DNA of 64,000 bases from an uncultured Candidatus Saccharibacteria bacterium (lineage in GTDB: Bacteria; Patescibacteriota; Minisyncoccia; Phycocordibacterales; JACOZG01). Made by a program: the position numbers and the translations under genes. The first letter of the stretch is position 1; each line of letters begins with the position of its first letter. Location of the stretch: positions 1,487 through 65,486 of the forward strand of contig CAZQDR010000001.1 in the NCBI GenBank assembly GCA_964591715.1. Direction: 5' to 3'. This document shows, piece after piece, positions 37,743 through 47,398 of the stretch. A model generated the notes under the pieces. The model worked only from the letters and a program-made list of their open reading frames with translations. It searched no databases and was not told where the DNA came from.

Positions 37743-38774
37743 CTATAGATGAGTCCCCGTTTTAATGACGTGATTAACGAGAGTGTTAGTATACCCCATC
37801 TCGTTGTCGTACCAGGCCAACACCTTAACCAAGTTGCCACCCACCACTTTGGTAAATTCCAAATCCGCGATCGAGGCATAGGGACTGGAAGCAATATCCG
37901 ACGAAACGAGCGACTCTTCAGAAGCGGCAAAAATCCCCGCCCAACGTGGATTGGCAGCGGCCTGCTTCAAAATTCCGTTCACCTCCTCAATCGTAGTATT
38001 GCGCTTAGCAATAAAAGTAATATCGGAAATGGAACCGGTAATTACCGGCACCCGCAAAGCAATGCCATCAAACTTATCCTTCAAATCGGTAATTACCTCG
38101 GTGACGGAAATGGCAGCCCCAGTGGTGGACGGAATAATGTTGTGCGCGGCTGCCCGACCACGACGGTAATCCTTAGCATCCGGTGAATCAACTAAGCGCT
38201 GAGTCGCCGTGTAAGCATGGACGGTGGAAAGCATCGCCTTCTCGATCCCGATCGTCTCGTGCAAAATTTGAATCACTGGCGAAGAAGCGTTGGTGGTGCA
38301 GGAGGCGTTGGAGGAAATTTGGCAGCGCTCCAGTTCGTGATCATTAATCCCCATCAGGACCGTGCCGCCGACAATCCCCGGAACTGGCTCCCCTTTGACC
38401 GGCGCGGAAATTACTACTTTGCGCGCCCCAGCATCAATGTGACCTTTGGCCTTCTCATACGTTTCAAACAAACCGGTTGACTCCACTACCACATCCACCC
38501 CGAGCGCGCCCCAAGGCAGTTTAGCCGGCTCCTTCTCCTGCACAATTTTAATTTCTTGCCCCTCTACCACCAGCGCGCCCTCCTTAACCTCAATATTTAA
38601 ACCCGACGGGCCATAAGCACTGTCATATTTTAAAAGATAAGCCAGGTTTTTTAAGTCACCCAAATCATTAGCCGCGACGATCTGAATCTCGGGACGTTTA
38701 ATGGCAATTTTAAGAAACGCTCGGCCAATACGACCCAAACCGTTGATACCAACTTTAATTTTTTGTGTAGACAT
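37743..38774 (-). CDS. gap: glyceraldehyde-3-phosphate dehydrogenase type I
   Basis: GINGLGRIG, SNASCTTN, WYDNE. Confidence 0.97.
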   Translation of the reverse strand: MSTQKIKVGINGLGRIGRAFLKIAIKRPEIQIVAANDLGDLKNLAYLLKYDSAYGPSGLNIEVKEGALVVEGQEIKIVQEKEPAKLPWGALGVDVVVESTGLFETYEKAKGHIDAGARKVVISAPVKGEPVPGIVGGTVLMGINDHELERCQISSNASCTTNASSPVIQILHETIGIEKAMLSTVHAYTATQRLVDSPDAKDYRRGRAAAHNIIPSTTGAAISVTEVITDLKDKFDGIALRVPVITGSISDITFIAKRNTTIEEVNGILKQAAANPRWAGIFAASEESLVSSDIASSPYASIADLEFTKVVGGNLVKVLAWYDNEMGYTNTLVNHVIKTGTHL

Positions 38775-38805
38775 GCAAATAGTATAACCTATTTACATTT
38801 ACAGG

Positions 38806-39309
38806 TTAACCTTTTTGTTCCGGCAAATCGCGAGTGACCGAGAAGATAACCTGGAGTGGTTGGCCGTCAGCACCAAGAATTGGTTCGTCTCCACCCAAAC
38901 TAAAACGACCGTCACCATTGTCATCGTAAAGGACTCCATAATAGCGCTCACCCTCGCGAGTTGGCGTGGAGAGATCCACCTCGCCCACATGAACATTAGG
39001 GCCAAAATAGCCGGCCCCAACAAAGTCACCTGGCGTGCCAGCATTATCCCTGCGAATCACCACCCAACCCCCGTTTGGCAAAGTCACATCCGAGATAAAA
39101 ATTATTTGCCCGGGAAACTGATCGTTAACCGTTAGACGGGCACCAGCGTTATTCTCGGGTTCGGTCGAAGTGGAGTTTGGATTGACTGTCCCCACCGCGG
39201 CTGGACCCTGCGCCCCATCATTATTTAAAAGCCACCAACCCGCTAAAAGCGCCACAACCGCCAGCACGATTGCCCCAATTAACACTTTTTTGCTGTTTTG
39301 GTTTTCCAT
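38806..39309 (-). CDS. membrane-anchored extracellular protein
   Basis: N-terminal TM; GWVVI...LYDDNGDGRF...DEP beta domain. Confidence 0.7.
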   Translation of the reverse strand: MENQNSKKVLIGAIVLAVVALLAGWWLLNNDGAQGPAAVGTVNPNSTSTEPENNAGARLTVNDQFPGQIIFISDVTLPNGGWVVIRRDNAGTPGDFVGAGYFGPNVHVGEVDLSTPTREGERYYGVLYDDNGDGRFSLGGDEPILGADGQPLQVIFSVTRDLPEQKG

Positions 39310-39422
39310 AGTTTGAGTATAGCACAACCATTATACAACTGCCGAGATGAACGAAAGATGAAAAAACCCGCACCACTGTGGTGCGGGCCGGCCGCGGGTA
39401 GGGCTTACGCCGCCGCCGAATT

Positions 39423-39614
39423 CTAAAAGCGCCGACACCGAAAAAGATCGGTCGGCGTCGGCCGAAGCTGTCGGTCTTTGGCTCGCTTGGCGATGTCGAC
39501 TTCGACCTGTTGCGCCATCTCAACCTTCACTTCCTTCAGCTTCCGAGATCGCGCTGGGGTCATTTTGGCGGGCCGGATGATCTTGCGTTTAGAGCTCTTA
39601 ATCCTTTTGGCCAT
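39423..39614 (-). CDS. small basic hypothetical protein
   Basis: 63-aa Lys/Arg-rich ORF with SD GAAGGGAGG. Confidence 0.5.
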   Translation of the reverse strand: MAKRIKSSKRKIIRPAKMTPARSRKLKEVKVEMAQQVEVDIAKRAKDRQLRPTPTDLFRCRRF

Positions 39615-39757
39615 CGCGTCCTCCCTTCATTGAAGTTAATCATCGCAAACGAACCGGTCCATTTTTAGTCTATGCCCCTTGCGAAATATTGCAAGGCTGG
39701 GCTTGTTGACGAATTGCTCGGGCCGACTATAGTAGGAGCAGAAAGGAGAAAGCCCGC

Positions 39758-40120
39758 ATGTACTTCGAGATCTTTATCCCCGAAAACCAGGTGGTAAGAG
39801 CCCTGCAGTCCAGTGATGGCGAGGAAGCAGATAAGGCGCTTGATGATTACCGCTGTCAGTGCGAAGACGAGGCAGACTTGGAGGCCAAGCTCTACGCCGA
39901 CATCCCCGGTTCGGCCAATCGCGCCAATATCAAGTGCGCTATCCGGATGGCTCGCGTCTATGCCAAAGTCCCCCGCTTGAAGGCCGAAGCACTGGAAGAG
40001 CTCGAGAGCGTCCGGCTCGCCGCCTCGCAAAGTGATGGCACCCAAGATCTGCTGCGCGTCATTAACCGCATGATCTTCCGGCTCACGCAGCCCAAACAAT
40101 GGTGGCAGTTCTGGCGATAG
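39758..40120 (+). CDS. hypothetical helical protein
   Basis: 120-aa ORF, SD GAAAGGAG; terminator AGACCTCC-TC-GGAGGTCT-T-run downstream. Confidence 0.6.
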   Translation: MYFEIFIPENQVVRALQSSDGEEADKALDDYRCQCEDEADLEAKLYADIPGSANRANIKCAIRMARVYAKVPRLKAEALEELESVRLAASQSDGTQDLLRVINRMIFRLTQPKQWWQFWR

Positions 40121-40212
40121 CCGACCGCCCCACCCAGACCTCCTCGGAGGTCTTTTTTCTTGCCCACCTCGTTCTTAACTTTATTGGAGCAAAATGCTAG
40201 AGTAACGGCACT

Positions 40213-40299
40213 GGAGAGGTGCGAGAGCGGTTTAATCGGCAGTCCTGGAAAGACTGTGTATCGGCAACGGTACCGAGGGTTCGAATCCCTCCCTCTCCG
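40213..40299 (+). tRNA. tRNA-Ser(GGA)
   Basis: GGAGAGG acceptor, CAGTC-CTGGAAA-GACTG anticodon arm, long variable arm, GGTTCGAATCC; no encoded CCA. Confidence 0.95.
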
Positions 40300-40339
40300 C
40301 ATGACGGTTTGACGACTACCATCGAAGTATCAGAGGGGG

Positions 40340-40837
40340 TTAAACTTTTACTTTCTTATTTATTTCTTCCTCGGCGCGGCTGGCTAAATCAAGAAAATCG
40401 TTTATGTCATTGATACTCATTTCTCTTGGTTTGGTATCCTTGATGCAAAAAACGCCTACCGGTAAGTTGGTTTCGTAATCATACAAGGATTTGCCACTAT
40501 AAAATCGAATGAACGGCGCGCCTTTAACCATGGGATTATCCGCAAAGAAAGGGTCAAGCAAAGTGTCATTTATAATTAGAATTATTTGGAACATTAAAGC
40601 ATGGCCGCAAAACGAAATATCTCTTGGCCCTTCTCTCGCGGTGAGACCTTGAACTGACTTAAACCACTCGCGATCTTTGTCTACCAGGGTGATGGTGGAG
40701 ATAGGAACCGAAAATCTTTCAATAGCTTCCCTGGTAAGTCGATCAAATCTTTCTTCGGATTCCGTATCCAGGAGATGTAGCCCTTCGAGCGCGCAAACGC
40801 GAGCTTTATCATTAGTGGGAATTGGTGCTTTTTGCAT
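40340..40837 (-). CDS. stand-alone GAF domain protein
   Basis: LLDTESEERFDRLT...ISFCGHA...DNPMVKGAPFIRFY. Confidence 0.88.
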   Translation of the reverse strand: MQKAPIPTNDKARVCALEGLHLLDTESEERFDRLTREAIERFSVPISTITLVDKDREWFKSVQGLTAREGPRDISFCGHALMFQIILIINDTLLDPFFADNPMVKGAPFIRFYSGKSLYDYETNLPVGVFCIKDTKPREMSINDINDFLDLASRAEEEINKKVKV

Positions 40838-41037
40838 ACGTATAACGTTAAAATAATAATCTTAGGTGACAGCCGCAGAGGAAAACAAAAAAAGGGCACT
40901 AAAAAGTCCCTCGAGCGTAAAAGCTATTTGTTTTTTGTCTTCTAGGTAAATACTCATAGAAAACTCAATCGGGATCATCGCTAACCCTAATGAGCTTCAT
41001 GAGCTTCGCTTTTTTATTATATCAAATAATACCCAAT

Positions 41038-41505
41038 TTAAACAACAACTTCTATCCCGACAAAGAATAGAATTCCTCCGTTAATATCAAAAATTGGGGA
41101 GACGAGCAGTTCCACATCATAGGTTTGGCCCGATTTGCTTTTATTCGTTATTTTTAACTTAATGGACTTTTTCTCCTCCAGCATCTTAACCCACATCTCC
41201 TGATAAAATTCCTTTGACATCTGTCCTCCCCATAATTCTGAGGGCTTTTTCCCGATTGCTTCGTGAGCAGAGTAACCAGTAGCTATTTCAACCGCTTTAT
41301 TAATAAATAAAATAATCCCATTGTTGTCGGTAATAATCACCTGCTCAATCATCTGCTCAAAAATCCGGTTAAGCGTTCCGCAGCGGGCACATTTAATTTC
41401 TACACCATAAAAATTATCTGGTTTTGCCAAAACCTTCCGACATTTTGTGCATCTAATTTTTTTGGATTCAGCTAAAGGCTCCGTTTCTAATTTATTTTCA
41501 TTCAT
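41038..41505 (-). CDS. Com-like zinc-ribbon + PAS domain protein
   Basis: IRCTKCRKVLA...VEIKCARCGTLN followed by PAS (ITDNNGIILFINKAVEIATGYS...EAIGK). Confidence 0.8.
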   Translation of the reverse strand: MNENKLETEPLAESKKIRCTKCRKVLAKPDNFYGVEIKCARCGTLNRIFEQMIEQVIITDNNGIILFINKAVEIATGYSAHEAIGKKPSELWGGQMSKEFYQEMWVKMLEEKKSIKLKITNKSKSGQTYDVELLVSPIFDINGGILFFVGIEVVV

Positions 41506-41520
41506 ATTAAATCACCAGCA

Positions 41521-42390
41521 CTAAGCGGCGGAGATCAACCCTTCCTCATCCTTGAGATTAAAGGCCACCACGCATAACAAGAGAATCGTTGGCAAAAAGT
41601 TAAGCCCAATAAATGGAGTCAATGCTCCCAGTAAAAAGCGAAGCAGGATAGGGAGAGTGGCGGCATGGATGGCGATTCGATAAGCCTCCCAGTACGAGAG
41701 CTTAATCTGCTTAAGCCAACCGACTAGCATTACCAATAGCGCCACAATAAAGAGAACAAGTAAGTAGAGCGAGAAGGCAACAATTAAACCCACCAACACC
41801 GCAATCACCGCCACTGGCGCCAAGACAGTCAAAAAGGGCGCGAGTTTGGTAATCCAGTCTCGAATAAAGGTTTGATTGATTGTTAGATCGGTTTTAATAT
41901 TCGCCAAAGGTTCAATCGCAATGCGGTCATTCTCGCGGTAGTAAACTAAACTGTTTTTGGTAAGCCAGGCTGGGGTTTTGTAAGCCTCAAATTGTTTTAA
42001 ATCAAATTCGTGCGTCGTATCTATCACGAGCAAATTTTCTAAGTCACCCAGTTTGACTTGGTCGCTTTCCATTATCTCCTCGCGCCACTTCTCGGGCAGT
42101 GGGATCTTGTATGGCTCGGTGACGTTGGTGCTTAACTCGCCACTGCGCAAACGCAACTCAAGCTCCGCCGGATACCAGTTGGCTAGTTCGCCTTTAACAA
42201 TCTGCGTAAATAGCGTCAGGAGAGGCACAAAAATAATCGCAAAGATGATCGTCAAAATCACCGAGAGCGTTAGCGTAAAACGATAATAGTAACCGAGCGA
42301 TTTTTTGGTTGACTCGGAGCGCACCACTCGATAATAAATCGGATTATAAATACTGTTTCGGATTTCGGTTAAAAGTTTCATGATACTCAT
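41521..42390 (-). CDS. DUF1189-like membrane protein
   Basis: N-terminal TM, extracytoplasmic loop, C-terminal TMs with LSYWEAYRIAIHAATLP. Confidence 0.7.
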   Translation of the reverse strand: MSIMKLLTEIRNSIYNPIYYRVVRSESTKKSLGYYYRFTLTLSVILTIIFAIIFVPLLTLFTQIVKGELANWYPAELELRLRSGELSTNVTEPYKIPLPEKWREEIMESDQVKLGDLENLLVIDTTHEFDLKQFEAYKTPAWLTKNSLVYYRENDRIAIEPLANIKTDLTINQTFIRDWITKLAPFLTVLAPVAVIAVLVGLIVAFSLYLLVLFIVALLVMLVGWLKQIKLSYWEAYRIAIHAATLPILLRFLLGALTPFIGLNFLPTILLLCVVAFNLKDEEGLISAA

Positions 42391-42394
42391 AATA

Positions 42395-43303
42395 TTACTC
42401 CATTTCGCGTAAAATTTTAATCCGCTCGTCGATCGGCGGGTGGGTCATAAATAAAGTGGCCAAACCTTTTCGAGCCTGCTCACCAAACGGACTCTCAATA
42501 AAGAGATGGGCGGTGGCATTGTTAGCCCGGATCATGGGCGCGGCTGAATTTTTAATTTTCTCTAGCGCCGACGCTAGTCCCGCCGGATAGCGAGTCAACA
42601 GCGCACCGGAGGCGTCGGCCAAGTATTCGCGGCGGCGCGAGATGGCTAGCTGAATGAGCGTGGCCACCACCGGCGAGAGAATGGCCAGTACAATGCCCAC
42701 CACCATCAAGATCGTGCCTGACTGCGCAGGCAGGCCGCCGCGGCTGTCGTTGTCGCGCGATCCCCCGCTCCAACGCGTTCGCAAAAAAATATTGGAGAGA
42801 ATCGAGATAAAACCCACGAGCACGACCACCATACTGGAGAGCAAAATATCGCGATTACCAACATGAGCTAACTCATGGGCAATCACTCCCTCCAGCTCCG
42901 TCTTGTCCAAAATTTGGAGCAGGCCGGTGGTGACCGCTACCACGGCGTGCTCTTTATTGCGGCCGGTCGCGAAGGCGTTCGGCGCCGGGTCAGGAATAAT
43001 GTAAATCTTAGGCATGGGCAAACCGGCGGTGATGGCCAAATTCTCGGTAACCGTGTAGAGATCGAAGAACTCCTCGCGCGTGGCTGGCCGCGCGCCGTTA
43101 ATCGTTAAGGCAATTTTGTCTGAATACCAATAGCTCACAAAGTTCATCACGACGCTAAAAATGACCGCCGCATACAAAATCACTTGGTTGTTATAGAGAT
43201 AACTAAAAAGCCAGCCAATCCCGATCACCACCGACAAAAACCCGGCCACCAGGATCCAGGTTTTTGCCACATTACTATCTTGCTGATTGTAAAGCGTTGC
43301 CAT
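42395..43303 (-). CDS. htpX: M48 zinc metalloprotease HtpX
   Basis: PNAFATG, HELAH, SRRREYLAD, THPP. Confidence 0.93.
   Translation of the reverse strand: MATLYNQQDSNVAKTWILVAGFLSVVIGIGWLFSYLYNNQVILYAAVIFSVVMNFVSYWYSDKIALTINGARPATREEFFDLYTVTENLAITAGLPMPKIYIIPDPAPNAFATGRNKEHAVVAVTTGLLQILDKTELEGVIAHELAHVGNRDILLSSMVVVLVGFISILSNIFLRTRWSGGSRDNDSRGGLPAQSGTILMVVGIVLAILSPVVATLIQLAISRRREYLADASGALLTRYPAGLASALEKIKNSAAPMIRANNATAHLFIESPFGEQARKGLATLFMTHPPIDERIKILREME
42716..42735. repeat. short near-perfect palindrome inside htpX
   Basis: GCCTGACTGCGCAGGCAGGC (one mismatched pair), encoding GLPAQSG in a loop. Confidence 0.55.
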
Positions 43304-43344
43304 ACTTATAGTTTAGTTAGCTTCTATGAAAAGGCAATGACGGT

Positions 43345-45345
43345 TTAGCTGGCGCCCCCTCCACCACCACCACCCCCCCCCCCCGCTCCGCCGCCACCGC
43401 CAGAGGCACCACCACCACTCGAGGAAGCAAAAGCAGAGGTAAAACTTTTGGCAAAGGACGAGGAGAACGCCGAGGCCGAGAAGCTCCCCGCCGCTAACCC
43501 CGTGCTCATTGCTGAGGCGGAACCAACCGAGCCACCATACCACTCCGGCGGCATCATAGTCATTCCCTCGAACGCTTTGGCCCACTTTCTCTCAATTCCA
43601 AAAATAATGGCATAGGGTAAATACTTCTCGAAGAGGTCTGGGGTTAGATTTTGCAATCGATAACGTTCAGCCGTTTTGAGATACAAAACAAAACCCAACC
43701 AATCTTGTTTTAATTTGATCCCTCTGTCATTTAGCCTCGCTTCGCGTCGCATGACCAGAACCCAGAGGCAACTAAAAGCTAAGCTGATGATTAAAATAAA
43801 GAGGTCAAAGCGCCACTGGAGCACGCCCCACCAAACGCCGCCAAAGAAGCCCGTGGTCCAAAAAGCCATAAATATCAATACAAAATAAATTGCCGATGGA
43901 ATTTCCTTACTAACTTTTACGGTGTAGGCGTTGGTGTCTTGCTCTGTTTCCTCAACTAATTTTTTTTGTAGCTCCAACATCTTTTTTGATAGACTAGATT
44001 CTTCGCCACTGTAATTACCTTGTCTAGCTCGCTCGGTGAGTCTTTCTGTGGTTACCGACTTATTGCCATCAAAGATAATTTCGATAAACTTTTTTTCGTA
44101 ATCTTCCAAAGCGACATCGTTAATCTCCTCGATTAAATCTAACTTGTAATTTTGAGTTACAAATGGGTTTTCCTTATTTGTAAAGATCGACAATAATTTC
44201 TTAATAATCAGCACCGCCATCACCAAAGGAACAAGAAAAAATAGTAAGACCCAAGCTGAACCTTTAAAAACGCCATACAGAGCAACGCCAGCTAAGAGGG
44301 TAAAAGAACCTATCGGCACTAGAGTAAATATAATAAATACTATTGGCAGTATGATTAGCAGTGGTTGATTCCACTTATCGGGATTCTTGACTTCACTGAT
44401 CGTTAAATAACCGCGGACCGCCAAATCTACAACTGTAGCCGCCCAGGCCTTGGACGTAATCCCCTCCTTCACAATCAGCTCCGCCATCGCCGGCTTTAGA
44501 CTCTCGGGTGGACTATATTCCGCCACTATGGTGCGACGGCGTTCTGGGCGCTTCTCCAACCACCACCAACGAGCAAAGCTGTAAATTACCGTCGCAAGAG
44601 CGATTAAAATAGCTAGGAAGTACAAAATATTAGAAGCAAACCACTGCCGCCAAAAAGCCGCCCGATCAATTAAGCCCAGCGGCCAACCAGCGGCAATAGT
44701 TAATTTTTCCTCAGCTGGCAAATTTTCAGCCGTAAAGAAAAACGTTTTATTGTTCTCAATTACCGTCGTTGCCATAGCAACCGGTTCGCCATAACCCGCA
44801 GCTTGCAGTTGTTCCGCGCTAAAGTTATTCTCGGGTAAAGTCACTCTCACTTCCACCCGTTGGATGGGAACGTCATAACTCGTAAACAAATTCCAATAGA
44901 TTTCGTCTTTGTCCCTCAAAAAACTCAAACCACCATGAACTTTATATTTTAAAGTCCAAGTGTGAGCTTGATTGGTGGTATTGTAATACCACTCGATAAT
45001 TTGGCTTCCGTTTTGGCGATAAGTGGTGTACTTGCCCCAGCTTGCGGGGTTAGTTTTATCTAGCTTTCGAGACGAATAGACTAAAGTCTGACCAGAGATT
45101 TCATCAACAACCTCGAAGTCACTGATTCGACTAATTTTATTTAACGGAATATTGCGCCAACCTTGATGATACTCACCATTAAATATGTATGTCTGCTGTT
45201 CGGCTACGTCAAAGGTTGAATCCTGGTTGACCGAAATATCATACTTAATTGAGTCGTAATAATAACTCCGCTCTTGGGCGTAACTACAGAGGGCCGGTGC
45301 TATTAATAGACCGAGCCAGAGAACAAATAGTAATCGTTTAGACAT
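43345..45345 (-). CDS. DUF2207 family membrane protein
   Basis: EIYWN, LAVRGYL, YLPYAIIFG and Gly/Ser-rich C-terminus. Confidence 0.88.
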   Translation of the reverse strand: MSKRLLFVLWLGLLIAPALCSYAQERSYYYDSIKYDISVNQDSTFDVAEQQTYIFNGEYHQGWRNIPLNKISRISDFEVVDEISGQTLVYSSRKLDKTNPASWGKYTTYRQNGSQIIEWYYNTTNQAHTWTLKYKVHGGLSFLRDKDEIYWNLFTSYDVPIQRVEVRVTLPENNFSAEQLQAAGYGEPVAMATTVIENNKTFFFTAENLPAEEKLTIAAGWPLGLIDRAAFWRQWFASNILYFLAILIALATVIYSFARWWWLEKRPERRRTIVAEYSPPESLKPAMAELIVKEGITSKAWAATVVDLAVRGYLTISEVKNPDKWNQPLLIILPIVFIIFTLVPIGSFTLLAGVALYGVFKGSAWVLLFFLVPLVMAVLIIKKLLSIFTNKENPFVTQNYKLDLIEEINDVALEDYEKKFIEIIFDGNKSVTTERLTERARQGNYSGEESSLSKKMLELQKKLVEETEQDTNAYTVKVSKEIPSAIYFVLIFMAFWTTGFFGGVWWGVLQWRFDLFILIISLAFSCLWVLVMRREARLNDRGIKLKQDWLGFVLYLKTAERYRLQNLTPDLFEKYLPYAIIFGIERKWAKAFEGMTMMPPEWYGGSVGSASAMSTGLAAGSFSASAFSSSFAKSFTSAFASSSGGGASGGGGGAGGGGGGGGGGAS

Positions 45346-45897
45346 TTAGAACTTAACCTCGACTGGCTGGCGAGCAGCCTCATCACCCTCTAGGTCAAAG
45401 AAGTCGCGCTTGGCGAAGTGGAACATGTTGGCAATCAAATTAGAGGGAAAGGAATCGACGCTAACATTTAAGTCCCGAACGTTGCCATTGTAAAAACGGC
45501 GCGCCGCTTGGATTTTATTTTCCGTATCACTTAACTCGTTCTGCAAGGCCAAAAAGTTTTGGTTAGCCTTAAGATCTGGATAAGCCTCGGCGATCGCGAA
45601 GACACTTTTAAGGGCGCCGGTGAGCAGGTTCTCGGCTTGGCCTTTCTCGGCTGGTGTGCCGGCCGACATGGCTTGGGATCGCGCCTTAGTCACATTCTCA
45701 AAAGCGCTCGACTCGTGAGTGGCATAACCCTTAACCGTGTTAACTAAGTTAGGGATTAAGTCGTAGCGACGCTTGAGCTGAACATCAATATCGGACCACG
45801 CCTCGCTGGTACGCGTATTTAACTTAACGAAATGATTGTAAGCACCGGCAAACCAGAGCACGGCAATAACAATGATTGCCAAAGGTATGTAGATCAT
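45346..45897 (-). CDS. lemA: LemA family protein
   Basis: WSDIDVQLKRRYDLIPNLV, EAYPDLKA. Confidence 0.93.
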   Translation of the reverse strand: MIYIPLAIIVIAVLWFAGAYNHFVKLNTRTSEAWSDIDVQLKRRYDLIPNLVNTVKGYATHESSAFENVTKARSQAMSAGTPAEKGQAENLLTGALKSVFAIAEAYPDLKANQNFLALQNELSDTENKIQAARRFYNGNVRDLNVSVDSFPSNLIANMFHFAKRDFFDLEGDEAARQPVEVKF

Positions 45898-45935
45898 CCT
45901 CTGATTTTAACACAAATATCCCGCAAAGCAAGGTG

Positions 45936-46808
45936 CTACCAGCGGCCGCTGGCGCCACCGCCGCCAGATGAGCCGCCACTGAAGCCCCCAAAACCGCCTC
46001 CCCCACCGCTGCCACCAAATCCACCACCGCCCGCCCACCACGGCGGTTTAACGCCAGCGCTTTTGCTTGCCCGATAAGTTTTAGAAATGATGTAGTCAAA
46101 CATTAAACCAAAAAGGGCGAGACCAATAATCCAAAACAGATTAGCTGACCACCACGCCCAAATGGCGCTGCCAGCCAGCGCTCCTACCACGCCACCCGCC
46201 CACCATGACTTTGAGCGCGCCATGGCACTGACCAACCACATCACGCCGATCAGAATAAAAATAAGGAGTTGCGGATTAAAAAGTCGCCCTAGGTTTGAAG
46301 AACTTTCGCTCGGCGACAGCCCGAGATCTTCGCCACTTAAGGCGGCCATAATCGCGTTTACTCCCGAGACAATGCCGGAATCAAAATCCCCGTCTTTAAA
46401 AGCCGGGGTAATGATCCGTTCAATAATTTGTTTGCTCTGCGCATCGGTTAGCACTGGCTCCAAGCCGTAACCGACTTCAATCCGCAGTTCGCGATCATCC
46501 TTGGCAATCAGTAGCAACACGCCGTTGTCGGTGCCCTTTTTACCGATCCCCCATTCCTGGAATAATTCGTTGGCAAAATTTTCTACCGTATCGCCGCCGA
46601 GCGAGGTGACGGTGACGACGGCAATCTCGTTGGTGGTGGAGGCGGTGTAAGCCGCAAGTGTGGACTCGAGATTAGTGCGCTCGGCGGCGCCAAGCATGCC
46701 CGCATAGTCATTAACATAACCGCTTGGTTGACCTGGACTTTGATAAGCCCCGGCAAAAAGCGGCAGCACAGAGAGTCCCGCCACTAAGCACAGCCAAAGC
46801 TTTTTCAT
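45936..46808 (-). CDS. TPM domain membrane protein
   Basis: YVNDYAG...WGIGKKGTDNGVLLL...RIEVGYGLE; Gly-rich tail ending GGGGASGRW. Confidence 0.9.
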   Translation of the reverse strand: MKKLWLCLVAGLSVLPLFAGAYQSPGQPSGYVNDYAGMLGAAERTNLESTLAAYTASTTNEIAVVTVTSLGGDTVENFANELFQEWGIGKKGTDNGVLLLIAKDDRELRIEVGYGLEPVLTDAQSKQIIERIITPAFKDGDFDSGIVSGVNAIMAALSGEDLGLSPSESSSNLGRLFNPQLLIFILIGVMWLVSAMARSKSWWAGGVVGALAGSAIWAWWSANLFWIIGLALFGLMFDYIISKTYRASKSAGVKPPWWAGGGGFGGSGGGGGFGGFSGGSSGGGGASGRW

Positions 46809-47362
46809 TAAAACTGAACCTGGGGAGCGACCTCGCTGCCAGCGGCGGCGTTAAAGTAAGCGCGCTCGCTAAAGCCCGCTAGACTAGCCACGATACTGCC
46901 AGGAAAGCGCTTGACCACAACGTTGTAACTTTGGACGTCGTCATTAAAGCGCTTGCGCTCAACACTGACACGGTTCTCGGTGCCCTCAATTTGCGCCATC
47001 AAAGTTTGCACCACTTCCGAGGATTTGAGTTCCGGATAATTTTCGATCACGGCTAGTAAGCGACCCAAACCAGCTTCCACTTGAGTGGCGGCGGCGGCCT
47101 TGTCGTTAACCGTGGTAGCGCCAGCATAGCGAGTGCGGGCCTCGGCTAAAGCCGTAAACACGGCTTGCTCCTGCTGCATCACCCCCTTGGCCGACTCGAC
47201 CAAATTAGGAATCAAATCAAAGCGGCGCTGATATTGCACCTCAACCTGTGACCACTGCCCGTCGATCATCTCGCTCTTCGTTACCAAACCGTTATAAGCC
47301 GTCCAAAAATATCCGCCCACCAAAACCAATAAAATAACAATAATTAATAGTGCTTTTTTCAT
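46808..47362 (-). CDS. lemA: LemA family protein (second copy)
   Basis: YQRRFDLIPNLV, ENYPELKS, EGTENRV. Confidence 0.92.
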   Translation of the reverse strand: MKKALLIIVILLVLVGGYFWTAYNGLVTKSEMIDGQWSQVEVQYQRRFDLIPNLVESAKGVMQQEQAVFTALAEARTRYAGATTVNDKAAAATQVEAGLGRLLAVIENYPELKSSEVVQTLMAQIEGTENRVSVERKRFNDDVQSYNVVVKRFPGSIVASLAGFSERAYFNAAAGSEVAPQVQF

Positions 47363-47398
47363 AGCTAAAATTTTATCACGCTTAATCCTTTCAGCCCA

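Noticed and set aside
39741-39758. Unit-11 spacer B (GAAAGGAGA) matches the SD of the 39758 ORF
   Set aside because: 13 of 18 positions match, dominated by a generic SD sequence. Not a credible target.
43350-43420. Poly-C and CCA/CCG runs as a regulatory repeat
   Set aside because: They encode the Gly-rich C-terminal tail typical of DUF2207 proteins.
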